The translations under genes and the position numbers were made by a program. From contig NC_043006.1 in assembly GCF_006345805.1 (NCBI RefSeq), forward strand, positions 76,074,001 through 76,138,000: a DNA stretch of 64,000 nt, given 5' to 3'. The notes below the pieces were generated by a model. The model was not told the DNA's origin. It saw only the letters and a list, made by a program, of their open reading frames with translations, and ran no database searches. Every line of letters begins with the position of its first letter. Position 1 is the stretch's first letter. Shown in pieces: positions 14,873 through 27,340 of this stretch. The DNA comes from Octopus sinensis. Taxonomy: Eukaryota.

Positions 14873-15691
14873 TACAGAGCAGAGGAAATTGAAAACGCAA
14901 ATTATGGGCAGTCAAACAGATTCACGAACGCATAAATAAAGATATTCAGTCAATGTAATTGAATCATATATATTTATACACATCAACATAAGTCATGCAT
15001 GTACAGGCGTAAAGATTCTCCGAGGGCGTAAAAAATAAAACCAAACATAAATAAAAATATAGAAGAAATATAAAAAACATAAAAATACATATGAAATTAC
15101 ATATAAATAAAGATCACATGGAAAGTGTTTGCGTGATAAATATAGGAGGTGCAAAACGAATGAGAGATTGATAAATATAGGAATAAAAACGTCAACCTTC
15201 AAAATGGCAAACCGCCTAAATCGTCTAAAAATTCCAAGGCGCAAGATATCAAGGTTAAGAAAAATAAATATAATAGGATCCTGTTTTATTTAATTTTCTT
15301 ATCCTTGATATCGTGCGTCATTTCTGTCTTATATCCTAGATGGATAAAGAATTTTTAGACGATTTAAGCTGTTTGCTATTTTGAAGGTTGACGTTTTTAT
15401 TCCTATATTTATCAGCCTCTTATTCGTTGTGTATCTCCTATATTTATCACGCAAACTCTTTACATGTAATCTTTATTTATATGTAATTTTATATCTCGTC
15501 TACATTTTTATGTATGCTTGATTTTATTTTTTTTATACCCTTGGGGAATCTTTACGCCAGTACCTGCATGATTTATGTTGATGTGTATGAATATATCTGA
15601 TTCAATTACATTGAATGAATATCTTCATATATGCGTTCGGAAATCTGTTTTACTGCCTAGGATTTGCATTTTCAATTACCTCTACTCTGTA
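14873..15691. mobile_element. ~815-bp near-complete palindromic (foldback) element with TA-CAG...CTG-TA ends
   Basis: About 400-bp arms match as reverse complements from tacagagcagaggaaattgaaaa / ttttcaattacctctactctgta inward to the centre GGATCC at 15276-15281. Confidence 0.85.
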
Positions 15692-16682
15692 ATTTTTAGC
15701 ACTGGCTCCCTATGAGCACTCCGTTAATAGCCCTTCTGTAACATACTTAATATTATATATATATGAATGTATGTATGTAAGCACAAACACACATATATTT
15801 AAGCATAAAAATGTGCATATGTGTAAGTGTATAATATGTAAGTGTATATTTAGACGGGCTTGTATACAATTGCCGTCTACCAAATACACTCACAATGTAA
15901 TGGTCAACCTGGTACTATAGGGAAGTTATCCGTTCATGTTACCGCAGAGTGGAACAGAACCCGAACCGTCATGGCTGCAAAGCAAGTTTCTTAATTATAC
16001 ATCTATGTCTGTATTACAAAACAGAGGTAACTTGAGAATATTCACCATTTTTTTTATCTGAACAGAGCTGTCTCATGATTTTAGTCGTATCACCTCTTTT
16101 ATGCGGAAAATGTTATACTCGTCTGATTTTCGTAGCTACATAACTATAATTAACTAACCAGATAATGTTCCTAAATTGTTTTATTGTCGAGAGAAGTAAG
16201 CTGGAGAAGTGGATTAGCCACATCATCCAATAAAGATTAGATTTGTCATGATATGTTGTCCCCCATAATAGTGCTGCACACAAAAAGGTATATTTTAAAA
16301 TGAATATGCAAAGTACATTCATAAGAAAACAAAATATGAATTATTCGGTCATAAAAGTGTATACTTATATAGAATTACCCGAATATTCTGCTTAATATAC
16401 TGGACACTCCACTCACGATACACGGCTGATGCACATCGTGGAAGCAGTATTACGTGGAAATATGATCTCCGGATTATGGTAATATTTGAGAATTTGTTGA
16501 ATAACATATCGCTGATCTTCGATTATTATTGCGTAGCAGTTTTTCTTAGTTGTAAGATGACGACTTTCCCGATACACTCGCGCATACACACACAAATACT
16601 CACGCACATATAGGGCACACATACACTGACACACAAGCAACAACACACACCAAAAGATATATATATATATATGTTATTTTTT

Positions 16683-16880
16683 TGTAGTTTTACTCACTGG
16701 ACTGCAGCCATGCTAAGGTACCACCTTCAAACGTTTAGTCGAATAAATCCCCCTTTCTTTACATATTTCCTTCCAAAGTCTAATCCTTATTCTATTAGTG
16801 CTTTTCGTCGGGAGCGTAAACAAACCAACGTCGGTTGCATGCAGTGATGGGGGACAAAGAATAAAGACAACCACACATAA
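16683..16880 (-). mobile_element. SINE family A, 3' part (continues after the mariner at 18363-18490)
   Basis: Matches the tail of family A copies at 57050 and 60370. Confidence 0.6.
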
Positions 16881-17088
16881 ATGTATGTATGTATTATGTA
16901 TGTATGTATTATGTATGTATGTATGTATGTATGTATGTATGTATGTATGTATGTATGTATGTATGTATGTATGTATGTATGTATGTATGTATGTATGTAT
17001 TTATGTATGTATGTATGTATGTATGTATGTATGTATGTATGTATGTATGTATGTATGTATGTATGTATGTATGTATGTATGTATGTAT
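16881..17088. repeat. (TATG)n tetranucleotide array, ~50 units
   Basis: Near-perfect periodicity. Confidence 0.97.
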
Positions 17089-17101
17089 CAACTTATCTAT
17101 C

Positions 17102-18362
17102 TATCAGGTCATTAAGAATGAAATGTCCAATTTTGAACTGAAATTTTATTTTACGTTGTCTCAACAAAGAGCATTTCAATTAATCAAAGTATGCACCTAA
17201 ATTATCAACATAATTTTGCCATGTTTTTCGGTAGCTTATTTATGCCGGCAGCGAAGAATTCTGGAGAGCAAGAGGTGATGAAATCACGAAAGGTTGTTTT
17301 TTGTGCAATTTCTTCAGACTTGAAGTTTTTTCCTTCCAAAAAGTTGTCTAATGCCTGGAAGATCTGGTGAATATGGTGGATGAGAGAATTCTACGAAGTT
17401 CAGTTCCTGTAACTTGAGTAGGGTTCTTTTTGCAACATTTGATCGAGCATTGTCTGACAGAAACTTAAGTCTGTTTCTATTGACCAATCTCAGTTGTTTA
17501 ACTGAAAGCTCACTCATCATTTCCTCCAATTGGTTGATGTAAACATCCGTTGTAATTGACTTACCAGGTCTCATGAAGCTTTAGTGGACGACACAAAAGC
17601 TGGACCATCAAACAGTCATCATTAGCACCTTTGGTGAATATTCTCTTTTGGATTGTGTTTTGGCAATTCGACTCTATCTAACCACCGTACAGAACGCTTG
17701 CTATTGTTGAAAACTATCCATTTTTTTATCACACGTAACGATACAATGCGAAAATAGCTCGCTTTTATGCTGTGACAGCAAAGAACAGCAAGTTTCAAGA
17801 TGATGTGTCATTTGATGCTCGTTCAGTTCGTGTGGTACCCGCTTCTCCAGATTCTTTACCTTGCCAATTTGTTTCAGATGGTCCAATGCAGTTGGAATCG
17901 AAACCCCAAACCTTACTGCTAACGCACCCGTACTTTGAGATGTATCCGCTTCCACTACAGTTCCCAGCTCGTCATTATCCACCATGGTCGCTGATCTTCC
18001 ATCGGGCAGATTTTCAAGTGAAATCACCAGACCGGAACTTCTCAAACCATTGACGTACAGTGCGCTCATTCGCCACATCGTCACCAAATACCTCATTGAT
18101 GTTTCGAGATGTGTGGGATGCATTGGTTCCAAGATGAAACTCATATTCATAAATAATACGAATTTTCGATCTATCAATGGGTTCGCAAAAATTGATTTAC
18201 ACGAGAAAACTCATAGACAGACACCATGAATTGTATTTCGAACAGTGGTGACGTAATTCTTCAGTTTTGTAAAACAAACAATTGTCAGGACAAAACATTA
18301 GTTAATGATTGTCAAACTTGGTGCCTAAGAAAATCGGACTTTTCACTCTTAATGACCTGATA
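17102..18362 (-). mobile_element. Full-length decayed mariner transposon (~1.26 kb)
   Basis: TIRs tatcaggtcattaagaatgaaatgtccaattt / aaatcggacttttcactcttaatgacctgata (29/32 including TA). Broken transposase with RVPHEL, IVTCDKK, LSDNAR and HPPYSPDL motifs. Confidence 0.93.
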
Positions 18363-18526
18363 TTTTTGTATATATCTATCTATATGCATATACAAATGTT
18401 TCCGTCTATCAAATCCACTAACAGGGTTCCGATTGGCCCGAGGCTAAGGTCAAGGGCACTTCACAGGTGGCCATGCAGTTGGACTGAATCAACTTCATGG
18501 TACCTTGAGCAACTCTTTTCTACTAT

Positions 18527-18903
18527 AACCGCCAATCTCCGACTTCGCCTGTCTCTGCGGCCCCTTCCATCTGTCTTTCTGCAACGGCGCTTGCGGTAGT
18601 TTGGCCATGCATGTAGGATTCCGGTGGGTGAACTGAGCCATGATGTCCTTCTCCCAACTCCACTTCCCAACTGGCGGAAACGCGCGGGCCGGCAGCTGAA
18701 TACCTGGGCTACGACGATCAAGGAGGATGAAGGAGGTGGTCGGCCTGCGCATAATGGAACCGTGACTGGCTCGCTATCTCCAGTGAACTGGCGCAGGACC
18801 GTCGTGCGTGGGCTGCCATGGTTCGAAATGCCTCGAGGGTGGTAGAAGAAGCCGACTCAAACCGCCCAGGGCGAATGTCGCCACAAGTACAAGTACAAGT
18901 AAG
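18527..18903 (+). mobile_element. 5'-truncated RTE-clade LINE with (CAAGTA)n tail and 6-bp TSD
   Basis: RRLR*FGHACR...PNWRKRAGRQLNTWATTIKED and ELAQDRRAWAAMVR resemble the RTE C-terminus; tail caagtacaagtacaagta; TACTAT at 18521-26 and 18904-09. Confidence 0.85.
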
Positions 18904-19669
18904 TACTATGACCTTCGGTCAATCAATGTTTTGTGAGAGGACTCTGTAGATGTAAATTGAAGAAGACCATCGGTAGATTTCTCCAATCACAGATAAGAAA
19001 CAGTAAGTCTTTACTAAAGTTCATTGCCACACATTAGACAGAACTTATCGCTGAAAAGTTAATATTACATACCGCTGGCTGCGTACCAATGTGGGAAAGT
19101 CATTATAGTAGCAACATATTTCTGAATTCTCAATCTTTGCTTTTAATTGCACCAAATCTCATGCAATACTATTCATGAATTCCATCAAGAATATTCTTCA
19201 CTTGTTGTCAAGCTTCGTAGAAAAAGAGCAGATTTTAATTGTTTCCGTGTTCATTTTTTACCGCCCGACATTAACAAGAAAAATGGCATTGCTTGCGTGA
19301 CGTGTCAAACGGAAACAAAATGATTATCGTACGAGATTTAGATTAGCGTGATATAAAATTGTACGATTTTACTTCGATAACAACGTATATACCTGAATGT
19401 TTCGTACTGGCATTAAATATGAGTCGACTAATCCGTTTCTTTCTTCTTGATAAATGATTCAGTGTACATTTGGTCGCCCGCAGGCGGGGGTGATGGTAGT
19501 TGTGGTGGTGGGGAGCTGACAGATCAGTTGTATTTGCTTTTTTTTTTTTTTAGCTTCTTGTGATTTTTTTTTTTTTTTGCGTTTGTAATGTTATTGAAGT
19601 GTTGGATCCGGTACTTGTTGCTGGTGACATTGTATTCAGATCTCTGCGTGTTGGTTTTCTTGTCGCTGT

Positions 19670-20260
19670 TGGTTTTGGCTTTTCTTCCCATTCCTTTTCC
19701 TCCTCTTCTCCTTCCCTGTCATTTTCCTCTCCTCGTTCCTAATCGTTCTCTTTTCTTTCCCTTCCTTTCTCTTTTTCTTTCTCCTTCCTCTTCTTTGTCT
19801 TCTTCCCCTTCTCCATCTACTTCTTCTTCTCCATCTACTTCTTCTTCTTCTTCTTCTCTTCTTCTTCTTCTTCTTCTTTACTTCTTCTTCTTCTACTTCT
19901 TCTTCTTCTACTTCTTCTCCTACTTCTTCTTCTTCTTTTCTTCTTCTTCTTCTTCTTCTTCTTCTTTTTCTTCTTCTTCTTCTTCTTCTTTTCTTCTACT
20001 TCTTGTTCTTCTTCTTCTTCTACTTCTTGTTCTTGTTCTTCTTTTTCTTCTTTTTCTTCTTCTTCTTCTTCTTCTTCTTCTTGTTATTCTTGTTATTATT
20101 ATTCCACTTCTTCTTCGTCTTCGTCTTCTTCTACTTCTTGTTCTTTTCTTCTACTTCTTGTTCTTGATCTTCTTCTCTTCTTTTTCTTCTTCTTCTTCTT
20201 CTTCTTCTCTCTTCTTCTTCTTCTTCTTCTTCTTCTTGAATTATTTCTTTTTGTACTTTG
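19670..20260. repeat. Long polypyrimidine tract with (TTC)n trinucleotide array
   Basis: Direct inspection. Confidence 0.95.
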
Positions 20261-20890
20261 TCTCCATCTTTCACCTCACCGCCACAACACTGTCTATATT
20301 TTTATCATTTTTAATTTAATTTTTTTTTCCTTTTGCTGTTCTTTTTTGATAACACAAGACGCATAGTTTAATTATGGAAGCCAGTAATGAGATAATTATT
20401 ATTAAAACAGATACGAAAGGAAAGTAAATTGATAACAGAGAAAATTGACTGCTTCTAGGCAGAGATAAATTATGAAGTAAGATAATGTCGAGTAAAACAA
20501 ATGGCTATTTACTAGAAATTCAGGCTGTATCAGTAGATTCTATATCAACAGTTGAACACTAAACAGGAAACAACAGCAGCAAGAACAACAACAACATGAC
20601 AGAAATGAAATTGAAAAGTATATTCATGCATATAATTAAGTTTAAGTAGTCATTTATGTATATGATTTAGCTCAGTCTCACTAAGATTGTTTTTATTAAT
20701 TTCTATTAGTATTCTTCTGTTTTGCTTTCGTAAATTTTGACTTCCTATGTGTCCCGTTTCTTTCTTTCTATCGCCTTTTATCTCCTTTTCATATTCCAAT
20801 TCATGTCAATCTCTATCTCTCTCCTTCCGTACATATATATATGTATATATATTTGGATTAACTATATATATTATATTATATATATATATA

Positions 20891-21548
20891 GGTAAACAGT
20901 AAAAATAATTACAGACATGGACAAGAACATGAAACACACAGAGACGACACAAGAACCACAGGAAGGGACATTCGAAGCCCTCAGTCATCAGTCAAGAACC
21001 AGATCATCTTAGCCATTTCGGCTGATTAATCTTGACATATATATATATATAGATATATATAGGTAAACAGTAAAAATAATACAGACATGGACAAGAACAT
21101 GAAACACCACAGAGACGACACAAGAACCACAGGAGGGACATTCGAAGCCCTCAGTCATCAGTCAAGAACAGATCATCTTAGCAATTTCGCTGATTCATCT
21201 TGAGATGCTCCGATATGGCCAAGCCGCCAAGGGAATCTAAGCCAAGCGCATTAGATCCCCTGGAAGAAAGCTTCGATGTATACAACGAAAGGACGGAAAA
21301 CGATCGAAGTACACAAACAAAAATACAGAATACGTGACACCAATAAGAATACAAAAACGTAAAAACTAACGGTAAAAATAAAAAATAAAACAACAAACAA
21401 AAACAGGACGTAGGCAAGGGTCTTTCGACAGGACGATTTGAGTAGGGGCTGGCTTGTGAAGTTGTGCCTAAAGGCCACGGGGAGCCGAACACACATACGT
21501 GTTGCTTCTGAGGCTGCTGAAAACGAAAAGAGCGCTCAACAGCGGTTA
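20891..21548 (-). mobile_element. PLE-like non-autonomous element with tandem 145-bp terminal repeat
   Basis: ggtaaacagtaaaaataat...atcttga at 20891-21035 and 21062-21203, flanked and separated by (TA)n. A related sequence lies at about 4040-4150. Class and strand are inferred. Confidence 0.45.
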
Positions 21549-21765
21549 TAATATATATATATATTATTATATATATATAATATAATATCAATAATATCTT
21601 ACGGTAGCAAGAATATTATCGAAAAAATTCTTAGCTACCAGTGGTCTTAAAAGATTTATTTTTCAATCACTTTCGGAAATACAACAATTAGTGGCTTGGT
21701 GTTTAACTACACTTTATAGTGAGTCAGATATCCTATTTTGGGGTATCTTTTATGTGTTTGAACGT

Positions 21766-21801
<36 letters not shown>

Positions 21802-21829
21802 ATATACATATATATATTATTATACCTAT

Positions 21830-21868
<39 letters not shown>

Positions 21869-21870
21869 CA

Positions 21871-22250
21871 CGAGCAAAACGCCCCCACCTCCGTCCAATG
21901 GACGACGCTGGGTTGTCAAATATTTAAACCAAATTTTCTCAAAACAACTTGTCCGACCGTCCCATAGGCCTCCTCTTTGAGAAACACTGATTTAACCTAA
22001 ATTTGAGACACCACCATAAGAAGAAAATAAAGATAGACTTTTTTTCTATTCCAACGAAAAACGATTTCCCACGGCTTTATCGATCGCATTCTCACCTCGA
22101 ATCGATTTTTGTAATTTTGTCAAGACTTATACACGCCCTGATACCGCCAGTATCTATATATCAAATTTGAGCGCAATCAGATGGAGGATGTCCGAGATCC
22201 TAGAAGCCACACACAAACACACATACACACGCAGAACGGATTATATATAT
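21871..22250. mobile_element. Non-autonomous element, Helentron/HINE-like (short copy)
   Basis: Colinear with 57971-58806 except for a ~450-bp internal segment; ends in a cacac/cagac microsatellite plus cagaacggat. Class is inferred. Confidence 0.45.
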
Positions 22251-22417
22251 ATATACCCAGAACAACAAAGAGTAATCGTCACATTTCATTCGAGAACGGC
22301 TACCTCAGAAGAGCGCAGAGTTATATAATCGGCCTATAACCGAACACAACATTGAACCCCTAGTGTAATGGATATATAATACAGTACACTTCGATTGCTA
22401 CATGTATATATAGACCA

Positions 22418-22579
22418 GGCGCAGGCGTTGCTGTGTAGTAAGAAGCTTGCTTCCCAGCCACATGGTTCTGAGTTCAGTTCCACTGCGTGGCACTTCGAGC
22501 AGGTGTCTTCTACTATAGCCTCGAACCGACCAAAGCCTTGTGAATGGATTTGGTAGAAGGGAACTGAAAGAAGCTCGTC

Positions 22580-22622
<43 letters not shown>

Positions 22623-22845
22623 AAGGCACATACACACACACACATATATTTGTGTGTCTATGTTTGTCCCCACCGTCGCTTGACAACTGATGTTAGTGCG
22701 TTTATGTCCCCATGACGTAGTTTTCAGCTAAAGAGACCGATAGAATAAGTCCCAGGCTTACAAAGAATAAGCCTTTGGTCGATTTGTTCGACTAAAGGGG
22801 TATTCAAGCATGGCCACAGTCAAATGACTGAAACAAAAATAAGCG
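22418..22845 (+). mobile_element. tRNA-derived SINE, family A (near full length)
   Basis: Head ggcgcaggcgttgctgtgtagtaagaagc, B-box gagttcagttcc, internal (TA)/(CA) array, tail gtcaaatgactgaaac. Confidence 0.85.
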
Positions 22846-22876
22846 AATATATATATATTTTATTCTTTATATATAC

Positions 22877-22947
<71 letters not shown>

Positions 22948-23260
22948 GTGAAGGTGCGTGGCTTAGTGGTTAGAGCACATGATCGTAATATCGTGAGTTC
23001 AATTCCCCGCGACTCGTTTTGTCCTTGAATAAGTCACTTCATTTCACGTTGCGCCAGTCCACTCAGCTGGCAAACATGAGTAGTGCCTACATGTCAAAGG
23101 GGCAGCCTGTGTCATGCTGAATCTCCCTGAGAACCACATTAGGGGTACGCGTATTCATGGAGTGCTCAGCCACATTCATGTTAATTTCACGAGCAAGCTA
23201 TTCCGTTCATCGTATCAGCTGGGACCCTCGTCGCCGTAACCTACAGAGTGCTCCTTTACT
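22948..23260 (+). mobile_element. tRNA-derived CORE-type SINE, family C
   Basis: Head gtgaaggtgcgtggcttagtggtt, B-box gagttcaattcc, CORE-like gtccttgaataagtcactt; homologous heads at 38815-39164 and 45693. Confidence 0.8.
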
Positions 23261-24231
23261 ATATATATATAATATGTGTGTGTGTGTGTGTGTATGAAGT
23301 GCTTGGTTTAGTTTCCATCTAGCAAACCTACTCACACGGATTTCATCGACCAGAGGCTATAATAGAATACAAATACCCAAGATGCCATGCAATGGGGCCG
23401 AACTCGGAACCGTGTGATTAGGAAGCAAGCGTCTAACCATACATCCACGCCTGCGCCTATACATATATTATAAGTGGAAGCTCTTACACTGGCAGCATAC
23501 GTTTCTTTCCGATTCGTCATGTGCGTTGACAGAGTAAAGAATGGCTGATATTTTAATACCATTACAACTTCTGGTTCACTACATATCCTTTATCTAAGCC
23601 GGTATTTGTTATTACACCCCAGTTTTATCTAGTAATCTCTGTCTATCTCTCTGTCTCTCTGTCTCTCTCTGAAATGTTTCTCCTTGTTTATCTAACCCAC
23701 GTATCGCACGCTGATATATAGGAAGAGATAGAGCAGAGGACAGAAGATCGTTGTTACTTTGTAGTTCAAACGTCTGAGGCATCTGAGAGTTTGCCAGTTT
23801 GTGTTTGTTGTTAGTGATGATTAGAATAATGTGAAAATTAAGCGAGCAAATATCTAATCAAAAACATTCATTAACAAATACAAATTGGAGTGGAATTTTG
23901 CTACTTTTCATATCCCACTCAGATAAACCTCCACACACAAACCCAAACACAAACACACACATAACACACATCTATATATATACATACATATATACAGACC
24001 TAAAGGTATCTATACATACATACATATATATATAATATATATATATATTAAATATAATACACCCACACATACATATATACAAACACACACACATACATAT
24101 ATGCAGACCTAAAGGTATCTACACATTACATACATATATACTTGTGTGTGTTTATGCATGTGTTGTGTGAATATATATGTATATATATATACATACACAC
24201 ATACGTATATATATATATATAAATATATATA

Positions 24232-24269
<38 letters not shown>

Positions 24270-25564
24270 CACTCATATATGTATGTAAATACGTGTGCAT
24301 ATGTATTTATTTCTGTATACAGACGCCCACACATATATACATATATACGAGGGTATATATATATATACATATATATGTACTAACAGAAATATACCTTTGT
24401 GTATGTGTGTGTGTGTTTGTGTGTATGCGCGCGTGTGCGCACGGATGATGTGCTACAGGGTACGCTCAAATAACTTAGGCATCACTGTCGCATCAATGTT
24501 GCTTTGTACCATAAGAACGAGCGATACTAGCGCAAAGTGCCGAAATCTTCTTCATTGCCAGTCGACAGCGGATGAAAGGAGTGACTTGCTGTGGCAGCCG
24601 TATATAGCGCATGCACTCATTCACACACACACGCCTCCCCTCCCACACGCACACTCTCACATACACACACGCCTACGCACACACACGCCCACACACAAGC
24701 CTATACACACATTAGATGACACTGAACCGTAGCACTTAACAGCTTATTGTAGAGGCCAACGGGCCAGTTGGTGAGACTAGGGATGTGTTCAAACACATCT
24801 CCCCTATAAAGATGACACATCGTGCAATGCAGTGTTGTCTTCTTGGTGAAATGAAACCCATTCGTGTGTGTGCATATTTGTTCTCGTCTATAGCGTACAA
24901 CCTTGAATAAAATGTCAATGCAGATGGTGTTTATATTTTTGACCCTGTGTACTATCTTTAAAAAAAATATAAAACAAATGGATAGTCTCGGCTGGCTGGT
25001 CATGGTGTATTCATTCCCCATACGCTGACTGTGTTAACTAGGACTAAACAACGAATGAAAAAGTCACGAACCACATGGACATATTTGTGCTGTCCAAAAA
25101 ACTGCCGCTAGCGTTTCAGAAAGAGGAAAACATATTTGACACTGCTGTCCCCCATATAGAGTAACAAAGTATTGGTAAGGATAGAAGGTTCTTTAAACTA
25201 ATTTCAATCAGTTATGCTTGCGTTCAGCAGAAACTAAACAGTGCCCAATCAAATGAATGACCTTCAATGTCGCCACTCGAATATCGAGAAATAGCACTCA
25301 AATTTGGCTTAACTTAGACAATTTTTAAACAGTGGTGGATTAGAAATAGTGGTCCCCTCTATACAAAAAGAAAAGATGATCAGGATTGGACTTTTATGAA
25401 ATATCTGGATAAAATGGTAAAATGATAACAAAAAATTAATTGCCCTCTATGTGAAAGGTTGACATGCTAGAAATAGCAGTTGCACCTATCTCATTTCACA
25501 CCCTACCACCTTAAAAACTTAGAGATATATTATTGAATCCGGATCTTGTTAAATTTCATCGAAA

Positions 25565-25885
25565 CACTTACCGCTAAGCATTTCGCCCAGCGTGCTAACG
25601 TTTCTTATTTCTTTATTTCCCACAAGGGGCTAAACATAGTGGAGACAAACAAGGACAGACAAAGAGAATATGTCGATTACATCGACTCCAGTGCGTAACT
25701 TGTACTTAATTTATCGACCTCGAAAGGATGAAAAGCAAAGTCGACCTCGGGGGAATTTGAACTCAGAATGTAATGACAGACGAAATACCTATTTCATTAC
25801 TACCCTCGAGGGGCTAAACACAGAGTGGACAAACACGGACTGAGAAACAAATTAAGTCGATTATATCGACCCCAGTGCATAACTG
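25565..25885 (-). mobile_element. SINE family B, multimeric/permuted copy
   Basis: Repeated tail aggggctaaac...gtcgatta units with B-box and core. Confidence 0.75.
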
Positions 25886-26134
25886 GAGAGTCATACTGTC
25901 TTAATGTCTATTACGCTGCCCGGTTCAATGGAAACTGGACTGGTGTTTGTGTTAGCCATTGATGCAGTATGATCCTCGTCAGACACAACTATATATATAT
26001 ATAATATATATATATATATAGGGTGAAATATAATTAATTTAATAAAATCAACAAATTTCTATTTCTAATATTGCTATTTCTAATATTTTCGGTATGTGGC
26101 TTAAGCAACTTGTTGCAAAACTCCCTTATTATTA

Positions 26135-26180
<46 letters not shown>

Positions 26181-26674
26181 TATGCGTGTTTATGTGGGTG
26201 GGTATACTTGTGTTTGTACATTTGTTTGTAGTTCACCGCTACTTGACAACAGGTGTCGATGTATTTACGTCCTGTAAATCAGCGGTTAGGCATAAGAGAT
26301 CGATATATCAGACTTAACATTAAAATACTGGGGTCGTTTCATTGAATTAAAAATTCCTTTGGTCGAGGCTCCAGCAAGGCCGCAGACTAATGACTGAAGC
26401 AAATATAAAAAGAGAAGAAAAGCGGGTAACACATTCTATCGCTATTACACGAACACATATACACACACACATATACGCACACATACGTATGTGCACACAC
26501 ATGCGTTCATACTTATTCACATACTCACACGCGCGCACACACAGATAATCACACACATACATACAGACATACTCACGTCGGTTAGGATTTCTAAAGAAAT
26601 TTAAGATTTCTTTAGAAATTCTAACGCACAAATTAGATAATAATATTCGATGATTTGGCCCCTCGACTCTAGCC

Positions 26675-27340
26675 CATAGCTTCCCAGAGTGGGTCATATC
26701 GCCCACAGATGGGCGATTTCAATTTACAGGTGGACGGCGGGTGAATTTCTAGAAAATGGCGGGTGATTTGAGATATTGGTGTTCGATGTGAACATTTTGT
26801 GTGTGACAAAGAATGATCAGCAATTAAGTCTGCATTCAATTATATCTAGGCATGCCTAGAATAAGGATGCAACTTTATCGATTTCACTACTCGCGTGAAA
26901 CGTCTCCTCGTCTTATTAATTCGAACTTATTTATCGATTGAAAATTTTTATCGTACAGTCATTGAGATGGTTGTCATATGTGCCAAAAATAGCAGCCAAA
27001 TATGCCTAGATATTAAATCACTCCATTATAATCATTTACCGAAGTTTAATATGTCTGCATAATATAGAGTTAACGTTTGAACTTTATTCACACTAAAGGA
27101 ATAACTTTACCCACAATAAAAGTTTTGTAAACGACCGCATATTTAGTCCAAATGGCACTAACCGGGCAAGGAGTCTACGATATATTGTGCGTGTCAAATG
27201 ATACAAGTCGTGGGGTATGTTCTCCAAGGGGATTTATTGTTAGGGAAGTAATTGTGTCAGGGTTTCTGTTACACAGATGAGCGACGGAGCACATTTTGGC
27301 CGATAGGCGGGCGATATTGGCGCGAAAATTTGGGAAAAAC
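26675..27340. mobile_element. Possible decayed hAT-like MITE
   Basis: ttccca...atatcgccc (26681-26704) inverted by gggcgatat...tgggaa (27309-27336); degenerate. Confidence 0.3.

Noticed and set aside
19588-20319. 243-aa ORF, and a protein-like E/K-rich reading on the opposite strand
   Set aside because: It derives from the (TTC)n tract; the minus frame is bounded by stops and has no pyrimidine-rich acceptor.
21513-21543. gctg-ctgaaaa-c-gaaa-agagcgctc-aa-cagc
   Set aside because: No stem II, G8 and U16.1 are missing; too decayed.
22948-23020. tRNA-like A/B boxes here and at other SINE heads
   Set aside because: They continue into SINE bodies and lack a complete cloverleaf, so they are not tRNA genes.
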